A DNA stretch of 64,000 nucleotides, taken from NCBI GenBank assembly GCA_964558935.1, contig CAZLFP010000003.1:39684-103683 (forward strand), given 5' to 3'. This stretch comes from an uncultured Gammaproteobacteria bacterium. Its GTDB lineage: Bacteria; Patescibacteriota; Patescibacteriia; 2-01-FULL-39-33. The notes under the pieces are model-generated. The model did no database searches, was not told where the DNA came from, and worked only from the letters and a program-made list of their open reading frames with translations. Position 1 is the stretch's first letter; every line of letters begins with the position of its first letter. The position numbers and the translations under genes are program-made. Below, one piece after another: positions 57,386 through 64,000 of this stretch.

Positions 57386-57976
57386 ATGCAAAAAATAGTT
57401 ATCACCGGCGGACCATGCGCCGGCAAAACCAGTATTACTCAAGCTTTAGCTCAGCAGATGCCGGACCAACTGTTGAGTGTACCTGAAGCAGCTACCATTA
57501 TCTTGTCTGGCGGTTTTTCTCCTCAATTGGGTTTTGAAGCTGTTTTACGAGATAATTGGCAGATTAAGTTCCAAAAAGCCGTTGTTGCTTTGCAAAAACA
57601 GTTGGAAGACTTTTATTTGGATTGGGCTCATGCCAAAGGTTGTGATTTAATTCTGTGTGACAGTGGAAGTTTAACCGGTGCTGCCTATTTCCCGGGTACT
57701 TTCGAAGAGTTTTGTCAGCACGTTCAACTGGATCCAAGAGATGAATTAAACAATTACACCGCCATTATCCACTTGGAAAGTTTGGCGGTCAGCCAGCCGG
57801 ATAAATACGGCCAAATCAACAATCTAGCCAGATTTTATGATGTGGCGGGGGCTAAACAGGCAGATGCAATTTTAAAGCAGGTTTGGTCTCAGCATACGAA
57901 TTACTCTTATATTCCATCTCAATTGAGTTTGGCTGACAAGATTAAACAGGTTGTAAATATTTTAAATAATAATTAA
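57386..57976 (+). CDS. P-loop NTPase (AAA_28 / NadR-like kinase fold), function unknown
   Basis: Walker A GGPCAGKTS at the N-terminus and a Walker B-like LILCDSG. 196 aa. Confidence 0.55.
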   Translation: MQKIVITGGPCAGKTSITQALAQQMPDQLLSVPEAATIILSGGFSPQLGFEAVLRDNWQIKFQKAVVALQKQLEDFYLDWAHAKGCDLILCDSGSLTGAAYFPGTFEEFCQHVQLDPRDELNNYTAIIHLESLAVSQPDKYGQINNLARFYDVAGAKQADAILKQVWSQHTNYSYIPSQLSLADKIKQVVNILNNN

Positions 57977-57988
57977 CGGGAAGGTGCT

Positions 57989-59620
57989 ATGAACAAAAAT
58001 AAATTTATCTTTGTAATTGGAGGAGTGATGTCCGGTGTTGGTAAGGGGATTGCCAGCGCTTCCATCGGTAAAATCCTGCAAAGCAAAGGGTATGCCGTCA
58101 CAGCCATTAAGATCGATCCATATCTAAATGTGGATGCCGGCACTATGAATCCAGTCGAACACGGTGAAGTTTTTGTCACCAAAGACGGTGATGAAACCGA
58201 CCAAGACATTGGTAATTATGAACGCTTTTTAGACCAAGATATTCTGCGGGATAATTACATGACCAGCGGGCGTGTGTATTGGACAGTCTTGGAAAAGGAA
58301 AGAAATTTGGAGTATGGCGGTAAATGTGTGGAAGCAGTACCGCATATACCTTACGAGATTATACGTAGAATCAGACGAGCGGCCAGCAAAGCCAAAGCAG
58401 AGATTACCATTGTGGAAATTGGCGGAACGGTTGGGGAATACCAGAATATACTGTTTTTTGAAGCGGCCCGTATGATGCATTTGGAAAAGCCAAATGATGT
58501 TCAATTCGTATTGGTGTCGTATTTGCCCATTCCATCCAAGATTGGTGAAATGAAGACCAAGCCGACTCAGAACGCGGCTAAAACCCTTAATTCATTTGGC
58601 ATTCAACCGGATTTTGTACTCTGTCGGGCGGAACAGTCGGTAGACGCTCCCAGGAAAGAAAAAATTGCCTTATTCTGCAATGTCACCAAAGAGGCCATTA
58701 TCTCAGCTCCGGATGTGGATAATATCTACGAGATACCGCTTAATTTTGAAAAGGACAAGCTGTCTGAGAAGATTTTAAAGGGCTTTAACTTAAAACCCAA
58801 GAAAAAAGATTTGGTAGAGTGGAAAGCTTTTGTCAAAAAAGCTAAGAATGATCATAAACAGGTTAAGGTTGGCATAATTGGCAAATACTTTGCCAGTGGA
58901 GATTTTATACTGCCGGACGCATATATATCTGTCATTGAAAGCATTAAGCATGCGGCTTGGCATAATGATTGCCAACCAAAGATCGATTGGATCAATTCCG
59001 ATGTGTATGAAAAGGATAAGAATAAGTTAGCAGAATTAAAGAAATATGACTGTTTAATTGTACCGGGCGGTTTTGGCAGTCGAGGTATCGATGGCAAAAT
59101 TGCAGCCATTCAATATGCTAGAGAAAAGAAGATTCCTTTCCTGGGTTTATGTTATGGTATGCAATTGGCCTCCATTGAATTTATTCGCCATGTGTGCGGT
59201 AAAACACAGGCCCACACTGAAGAAATAGATCCTAAAACCAAAGATCCGGTCATTCACATCATGCCGGAACAGGCCGAGAAGCTGGCTAAAAAACAATATG
59301 GCAATACCATGCGTCTGGGTGCGTATCCGTGTGTTTTAGCCAAAGATTCCTTTGCCATGGAACTCTATGGAGTGACCAGGATCAGTGAAAGACACAGGCA
59401 TAGATATGAGTTTAACAACAAGTACCGGCCCCTTGTGGAAAAACATGGTTTAGTCATTTCAGGCACTTCACCGGACAAAAAATTGGTTGAGATGATAGAG
59501 TTGCCTAAGGCGATTCATCCATTTTTTGTTGCGGTTCAATTTCATCCGGAACTTCAATCCAGGCCTCTTAGACCGCACCCTTTGTTTATGGGACTGATTA
59601 GAGCCGGGATTGGGAAATAA
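57989..59620 (+). CDS. pyrG: CTP synthase
   Basis: N-terminal synthetase domain (GGVMSGVGKGI) and a C-terminal class-I glutamine amidotransferase with the catalytic Cys in GLCYGMQ and HPE near the end. Confidence 0.95.
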   Translation: MNKNKFIFVIGGVMSGVGKGIASASIGKILQSKGYAVTAIKIDPYLNVDAGTMNPVEHGEVFVTKDGDETDQDIGNYERFLDQDILRDNYMTSGRVYWTVLEKERNLEYGGKCVEAVPHIPYEIIRRIRRAASKAKAEITIVEIGGTVGEYQNILFFEAARMMHLEKPNDVQFVLVSYLPIPSKIGEMKTKPTQNAAKTLNSFGIQPDFVLCRAEQSVDAPRKEKIALFCNVTKEAIISAPDVDNIYEIPLNFEKDKLSEKILKGFNLKPKKKDLVEWKAFVKKAKNDHKQVKVGIIGKYFASGDFILPDAYISVIESIKHAAWHNDCQPKIDWINSDVYEKDKNKLAELKKYDCLIVPGGFGSRGIDGKIAAIQYAREKKIPFLGLCYGMQLASIEFIRHVCGKTQAHTEEIDPKTKDPVIHIMPEQAEKLAKKQYGNTMRLGAYPCVLAKDSFAMELYGVTRISERHRHRYEFNNKYRPLVEKHGLVISGTSPDKKLVEMIELPKAIHPFFVAVQFHPELQSRPLRPHPLFMGLIRAGIGK

Positions 59621-59622
59621 AA

Positions 59623-59650
59623 AACAACCCCCTATTAACAGGGGGTTGTT
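59623..59650. terminator. Bidirectional rho-independent terminator shared by pyrG (+) and rpmA (-)
   Basis: AACAACCCCC-TATTAACA-GGGGGTTGTT stem. A-run on the plus-strand upstream side gives a T-run on the minus strand. Confidence 0.7.
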
Positions 59651-59660
59651 TGAATAAAGA

Positions 59661-59933
59661 TTATTCAACACTCACAATTTGAACATATTCCAATTTGCCA
59701 TTAAATTTTTTTACTCTTTTCTTGGTATATTTTACAACTCCATCGGCTGTTGAAAATAAAGTGTCATCTTTGCCTTTTCTGACATTGTCTCCTGGTCGGT
59801 ACTTGGTACCTCTTTGTCGAACAATAATTGCGCCTTTTTTGGCTTTTTGACCGCCATACAGCTTGACACCCAGTCTTTGAGCATTGGAATCGCGGCCTAA
59901 CCTGGTACTACCACCAGCTTTCTTATGTGCCAT
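59661..59933 (-). CDS. rpmA: 50S ribosomal protein L27
   Basis: [29 protein letters not shown] is the conserved L27 N-terminus. Confidence 0.95.
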   Translation of the reverse strand: MAHKKAGGSTRLGRDSNAQRLGVKLYGGQKAKKGAIIVRQRGTKYRPGDNVRKGKDDTLFSTADGVVKYTKKRVKKFNGKLEYVQIVSVE

Positions 59934-60028
59934 ATGTCATATTTATTAATAATAGCTTGTCAACCATTATTGTAGCCAATATTAGTTAATTTGTCAAGGT
60001 GAAATTCCAATGGTATAATATCCATAAT

Positions 60029-60694
60029 ATGGATAGAATGAAACTCATAACTTTATTAATCATTACCAGCTGCTTGCTGGTTGGTTGTTTTCAGTCCCGG
60101 GAAGAACCTCTTAAGACTGAGTCACCAACCAGTACCGGTCAGTCAGGAACTGAAGATCAGGCTCTGGAATCAGGGAATGACTCTTCTGTTGAGTTAAATC
60201 AGGATGAAATGTCAGCCAACCAGCCAACTGAACCTGCGCCTACCGATGAACCGGTCATTAAAAAGTATTATCCCAAGCAAACCTCGACTCAAACGAAATC
60301 ATCTGGGTCAGAGGAACAAGCTGAGCGCCAATTTACTTTAACCAATGAATTGGCGGCCAAACTCTATTTGGCAGACAAATATGATCCGGGAATCTGCTAT
60401 GGCATGCCGGGCCCCGTACCCCAGCAATCCATTGACAGTGTCTTAAGTCATGATCCCGGATTGACTCTGTACCTCAGAACCAATTACGATCTGCCGACAG
60501 ACCTGGATGTTTACACTAAAATCAAGCAACTAAACGGCATACGGTTGGATGAAATCGCCGGTGGTAAGTATTCTTTTAATTTTACAGATGGCCAGTGCTG
60601 CACGTTGACTGCTTACCAGGGTGAAATATCCATCATTGGACAAAATATTACAGATAACATTTTGCAGCAAGAAACCAAGAATAATCCGTGTTAA
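60029..60694 (+). CDS. Putative lipoprotein, function unknown
   Basis: Lipobox LLVGC after a hydrophobic signal (MDRMKLITLLIITSCLLVGC), then a Ser/Thr/Glu/Gln-rich linker and a Cys-containing C-terminal domain. Confidence 0.5.
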   Translation: MDRMKLITLLIITSCLLVGCFQSREEPLKTESPTSTGQSGTEDQALESGNDSSVELNQDEMSANQPTEPAPTDEPVIKKYYPKQTSTQTKSSGSEEQAERQFTLTNELAAKLYLADKYDPGICYGMPGPVPQQSIDSVLSHDPGLTLYLRTNYDLPTDLDVYTKIKQLNGIRLDEIAGGKYSFNFTDGQCCTLTAYQGEISIIGQNITDNILQQETKNNPC

Positions 60695-61474
60695 ATGATG
60701 AGGTTGTTTATACTTTTCTCTTTAATTCTGATATTGGCCGGTTGTGGACAGCAACCGACTTTAGTTAAGGTTAATTTGGATCGTCAAGAGCTGGAGCAAT
60801 TAAGTACCACTTCCGAGAGTTTGATAGAAGATATTAAAACAGGATTCAGTCAAGAAGTTAGCGGCCAAATTCCAACTGAGCTGACCATACCCGGCAAGGT
60901 TCTGTTGGATGTAGATTTTGCCATGCAGGCTCCTTTTTCTGACTGGTCACCGCCATATGACGAAGCGTGCGAAGAAGCCGCCATGATTATGGCTTATTAT
61001 TATTTTTCGAACAAAGAATTGACCAAGGATCTGATGAATGAAGAGATATTGGCATTGGTTGAATGGGAAGCCAAGCACGGGTACCAGATAGATTTAACGG
61101 CAGCGCAAACAGTCGAGGTTTTACGAGACTATTTTAATCTCAAAGCCTGGCTGGAAGATGAGGTCACAGCCGATAGAATTAAATATGAGCTCTCGCTCGG
61201 TCACTTAGTAATTCCACCCACAGCTGGTCGAGAGTTGGAGAATAAGTTTTTCAGGCAACCGGGACCCATTTACCATATGTTTGTGGTTAAGGGTTATGAT
61301 GACCAAGATTTTATCGTCAATGATGTCGGGATAGGAAAGGGGGAAAGCTTTCGCTACAGCTATGATGATTTAATCGATGCTGTCCATGATTGGGATCATG
61401 ATTTAGCTAAGGATGAGATGAGTGCTGAAGAGATTAAGACTACGCCTAAGGTTTTAGTCATTGTAGCGAAGTAG
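60695..61474 (+). CDS. Putative lipoprotein with a papain-like (C39-like) peptidase fold
   Basis: Lipobox ILAGC. Candidate catalytic Cys in DEACEEAAMIMAYYY and a later His/Asp in IYHMFVVKGYDD. The family call is tentative. Confidence 0.4.
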   Translation: MMRLFILFSLILILAGCGQQPTLVKVNLDRQELEQLSTTSESLIEDIKTGFSQEVSGQIPTELTIPGKVLLDVDFAMQAPFSDWSPPYDEACEEAAMIMAYYYFSNKELTKDLMNEEILALVEWEAKHGYQIDLTAAQTVEVLRDYFNLKAWLEDEVTADRIKYELSLGHLVIPPTAGRELENKFFRQPGPIYHMFVVKGYDDQDFIVNDVGIGKGESFRYSYDDLIDAVHDWDHDLAKDEMSAEEIKTTPKVLVIVAK

Positions 61475-61498
61475 CAGTTAACTTGTCCACAGACAGGC

Positions 61499-61522
61499 TT
61501 GACAGCCTGTTTTTTTATTGTT
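61499..61522 (+). terminator. Rho-independent terminator
   Basis: ACAGGCT-TGAC-AGCCTGT hairpin followed by a T-run. Confidence 0.8.
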
Positions 61523-61557
61523 ACAGTAATAATACCAACTAAAATAGTAGGAATTAT

Positions 61558-61965
61558 ATGTTATTTACGACAAAAACTGAATATGGTATGCGGGCTATGG
61601 TGGAATTGGCTAAAAAAGCCAGTCAAGATCAACCCTTGCCTGTTTCGCAAATTGCTCGTGACCAACATTTGTCTCAAGCCTACTTGGAAAGATTATTTGC
61701 CAAATTGAAAGCGGATGGCTTGATTATGAGCACTAAAGGTTCGGGTGGTGGATATTATTTGGCTCGTCCTCCCAAACAGATTAATATCTTTGAAATCATT
61801 GAGGCTTTGGACGGTCCACTGATGGTTTTTTCCTGTATTTCTGAAGATGAGAATAAACTGGCTTGTTCCGCTAAAAATTGTTTGACCAAGCAAGTTTGGC
61901 ATGAATTGCAAAAGCAGATTATTCACACCTTGCGTCAGTTTACATTAAAAGATTTAGTTAATTAA
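61558..61965 (+). CDS. Rrf2-family transcriptional regulator (IscR-like)
   Basis: N-terminal winged-helix (LFTTKTEYGMRAMVELAK...PLPVSQIARDQHLSQAYLERLFAKLKADGLI) and a Cys cluster (FSCISEDENKLACSAKNC). Heads an iscU/nfu/iscS operon. Confidence 0.85.
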   Translation: MLFTTKTEYGMRAMVELAKKASQDQPLPVSQIARDQHLSQAYLERLFAKLKADGLIMSTKGSGGGYYLARPPKQINIFEIIEALDGPLMVFSCISEDENKLACSAKNCLTKQVWHELQKQIIHTLRQFTLKDLVN

Positions 61966-61968
61966 ACT

Positions 61969-62358
61969 ATGTATACAGACAAGGTTTTAGATCATTTTCA
62001 CCATCCCAGGAACCAGGGTCGCATTCAAGCAGCAGATGGCATTGGTCAGGTAGGCAATCCGGTGTGCGGTGATGTGATGAAAATATATATTAAGGTAAAA
62101 GACCAGCCAGAGCCGGTTATTCAGGACATTAAATTTGAAACTTTGGGTTGTGGAGCAGCCATTGCCACGTCCTCCATGCTCACAGAGATGGTCAAAGGAC
62201 AAACCATTCAGCAGGCTCTGAAGATCAGTAAAACACAAATTGCTCAAGAGTTGGGTGGGTTACCGCCAGCCAAGTTGCATTGCTCGGTACTGGCTCACGA
62301 TGCCCTGCGTGAAGCCATTTTGGATTACCAGTCAAAAAATAATTATAAATATGCCTAA
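61969..62358 (+). CDS. iscU: Fe-S cluster assembly scaffold IscU/NifU-like
   Basis: The three conserved Cys (NPVCGDVM, LGCGAAIA, KLHCSVLAHDAL). 129 aa. Confidence 0.9.
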   Translation: MYTDKVLDHFHHPRNQGRIQAADGIGQVGNPVCGDVMKIYIKVKDQPEPVIQDIKFETLGCGAAIATSSMLTEMVKGQTIQQALKISKTQIAQELGGLPPAKLHCSVLAHDALREAILDYQSKNNYKYA

Positions 62359-62506
62359 ACAAACAACAGTACACAGGCAAGAGTGCGAAATTTATTCACG
62401 AGTTGTCGGCTATTTACGGCCAACCCAGAGCTGGAATGCCGGTAAACAGGCTGAATTTCATGATCGCAGTGTGTACCAGGCCAAAACCACAACCAATCAT
62501 AAATAA
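62351..62506 (+). CDS. 51-aa ORF resembling the extreme C-terminal glycyl-radical segment of the anaerobic ribonucleotide reductase NrdD (candidate spare-part protein or gene remnant)
   Basis: MPKQTTVHRQECEIYSRVVGYLRPTQSWNAGKQAEFHDRSVYQ matches the RVxGYL...NxGKxxE...R glycyl-radical tail of NrdD. Lacks the Zn ribbon and catalytic body. Overlaps the iscU stop by 8 nt. Track ORF 62240..62506 trimmed to the ATG at 62351. Confidence 0.5.
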   Translation: MPKQTTVHRQECEIYSRVVGYLRPTQSWNAGKQAEFHDRSVYQAKTTTNHK

Positions 62507-62511
62507 ATTCT

Positions 62512-62739
62512 ATGGAAGATAAGATTAAAGCAGCTTTAGATCAACTAAGGCCTCATTTGCAAATGGACGGGGGAGATGTAGACTTTGTATCTTTTGATCA
62601 AGAGCAAGGTATTTTAAAATTAAAATTGCAAGGCGCTTGTCAAGGCTGTCCCATGTCTCAGATTACCTTGCAGGAAGGCATTGGCAAAGTTTTAAAACAA
62701 GACATGCCTGAGATTAAACAAGTCATAGCTGTCACTTAA
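62512..62739 (+). CDS. NifU-like (Nfu-type) Fe-S cluster carrier domain protein
   Basis: 75 aa with a CxxC motif (GACQGCPMS) and a typical Nfu C-terminal domain (LRPHLQMDGGDVDFVSF). Confidence 0.8.
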   Translation: MEDKIKAALDQLRPHLQMDGGDVDFVSFDQEQGILKLKLQGACQGCPMSQITLQEGIGKVLKQDMPEIKQVIAVT

Positions 62740-62741
62740 AT

Positions 62742-63935
62742 ATGCCTGATACAGACCTGATATACTTAGACAATGCAGCCACCACTCAAATGGATGACCG
62801 CGTCATGTCAGCAATGCTGCCGTATTTAACAACCGAGTATGGCAATGCTTCTTCTTTGCATTCTGCCGGTTTAAACAACCGGGTGGCAGTAGATCGATCT
62901 CAGGCACTCATTGCCGCTTACCTGGGTGTAAATAAGGATGAAGTGTTTTTTACTTCTGGTGCGACTGAGAGTAATAATTTGGCGCTTTGGGGAGTGGTTA
63001 AAGCCTTGCAAACCAAACACAGCCAGATCCATATTATTACCTCTGCCATTGAGCATGACGCTGTTTTGGAACCGTGCCAGGCTTTAGAAAAACAGGGCAT
63101 AGCGGTGACCTATTTGCCTGTTAATAGTCGAGGTGTAGTCAGTCTGGAAGCTATTAAAAAAGCTATTCGACCACAGACTCGCTTGATTTCAATCATGTAC
63201 GTCAACAATGAAATCGGCACCATTCAGCCGATTGCACACATTGGACGTTTGGTTAGTCAATTGAATGCCGAGAGAAAAAACCAAATCTACTTACATACGG
63301 ATGCCACCCAAGCGTTAAATGCCTGTTCTTGTCGGTTGACTGATTTAAAGGTGGATTTAATGTCATTTTCCGGGCATAAGATATATGGTCCCAAAGGAAT
63401 TGGTGTTCTGTATTTGAAAAAGGGTACACCCTTGATTCCTTTGTTCTATGGCGGACATCAGCAACATAATGTCCGGCCGGGTACTTACAACGTGCCAGGT
63501 ATTGTTGGCTTGGCTGAAGCGATTAAAATACTACAACAACCTCAGCACCAAGCGGAAATAGATAAGATTCAGACAATTAAAAGATACTTAATAGACCAGT
63601 TGCAAGCTAAAATTCCTCAGGTTAGACTCAATGGTGATGTTACTAAATCCATACCTCATATTTTAAACTTAAGTTTTCTTGGCGTGGAAGGAGAGAGTTT
63701 GTTGCTTATGCTGTCAAAACAAAAAATAGCAGTCTCGACAGGATCTGCTTGTTCGGCCGGTTCTTTAAAACCCTCCCATGTTTTAACGGCTTTGGGTTTG
63801 AAGCCGGAAGTCGCTCATGGTAGCCTGCGTATGAGTTTGGGCAGATTTAACCGGTTAAGCCAGGCTAGACAATTAGTTCGAGTCTTGCCCCCCTTGGTAG
63901 CTAAATTGAGAAGCATGTCGCCTTTAGCCGATTAA
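62742..63935 (+). CDS. iscS: Cysteine desulfurase (class V aminotransferase, IscS/NifS-like)
   Basis: PLP-Lys motif SFSGHKIYGPKGIGVLY and catalytic Cys loop STGSACSAGS. 397 aa. Confidence 0.9.
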   Translation: MPDTDLIYLDNAATTQMDDRVMSAMLPYLTTEYGNASSLHSAGLNNRVAVDRSQALIAAYLGVNKDEVFFTSGATESNNLALWGVVKALQTKHSQIHIITSAIEHDAVLEPCQALEKQGIAVTYLPVNSRGVVSLEAIKKAIRPQTRLISIMYVNNEIGTIQPIAHIGRLVSQLNAERKNQIYLHTDATQALNACSCRLTDLKVDLMSFSGHKIYGPKGIGVLYLKKGTPLIPLFYGGHQQHNVRPGTYNVPGIVGLAEAIKILQQPQHQAEIDKIQTIKRYLIDQLQAKIPQVRLNGDVTKSIPHILNLSFLGVEGESLLLMLSKQKIAVSTGSACSAGSLKPSHVLTALGLKPEVAHGSLRMSLGRFNRLSQARQLVRVLPPLVAKLRSMSPLAD

Positions 63936-64000
63936 GTCTGGTCAGGATTAATTGGTTGTTCGTAGAGAAAAGGATTTCTGGTGGTCAGTTCAGAGCTGGT

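Noticed and set aside
62240-62350. Longer 88-aa version of the NrdD-like ORF (track 62240..62506)
   Set aside because: Its first 37 codons overlap the iscU 3' end in another frame and have no NrdD-like sequence. The in-frame ATG at 62351 gives a compact 51-aa product.
63936-64000. Feature at the 3' window edge
   Set aside because: Only 65 nt after the iscS stop. It is too short to call anything.

Overview
This is a compact, almost entirely plus-strand window of about 45% GC, dominated by type IV filament (T4P/T2SS-like) genes mixed with housekeeping genes. No outer-membrane secretin gene is present in the window. The basic low-complexity protein tails and tight gene packing fit an uncultivated, CPR/Patescibacteria-like monoderm bacterium; that assignment is inference.

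Locus 1 (666-13200) is a complete T4P module:
- pilM, a pilN-like gene carrying a long Pro/Lys-rich spacer, a pilO-like gene and the assembly ATPase pilB.
- An orphan CheY-like REC gene and a pilT-like gene whose catalytic motifs are degenerate.
- The platform gene pilC, a major pilin with an upstream promoter/palindrome and a clean terminator, the prepilin peptidase pilD and four minor pilins.

Housekeeping block (13207-22621): ligA, an unexplained ~340-nt structured non-coding gap, gatC-gatA, tRNA-Ser(GGA), rubrerythrin plus desulfoferrodoxin, dnaG-rpoD and tRNA-Asn(GUU).

Locus 2 (22763-42386) is a second, two-component-regulated type IV filament module:
- A PAS protein, a small coiled-coil membrane protein, a large membrane histidine kinase and two REC-only regulators.
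- A second GspE/PilB ATPase and a second GspF/PilC platform protein.
- Pseudopilins, including a 2,299-aa giant modular pseudopilin. It has Cys-rich modules, a LamG/ConA-like lectin domain and triplicated ~100-aa repeats. It also carries a compositionally foreign AT-rich in-frame insert encoding a TM hairpin.
- A PilM with a C-terminal TM anchor and three tandem pilin paralogs that share a conversion tract.
- No retraction ATPase or peptidase of its own.

Downstream genes:
- A thiol-disulfide module: ZIP transporter, thioredoxins, a Trx-CcdA fusion and a tandem Trx-fold protein.
- rsmI, metG, cvpA, tatD, two HIT genes, murA (minus strand), ctp, acyP, rplI, pyrG, rpmA (minus strand) and lipoproteins.
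- An rrf2-iscU-nfu-iscS Fe-S cluster assembly operon that contains a 51-aa ORF resembling only the C-terminal glycyl-radical tail of the anaerobic ribonucleotide reductase NrdD.

No CRISPR array, transposase or integrase was seen.
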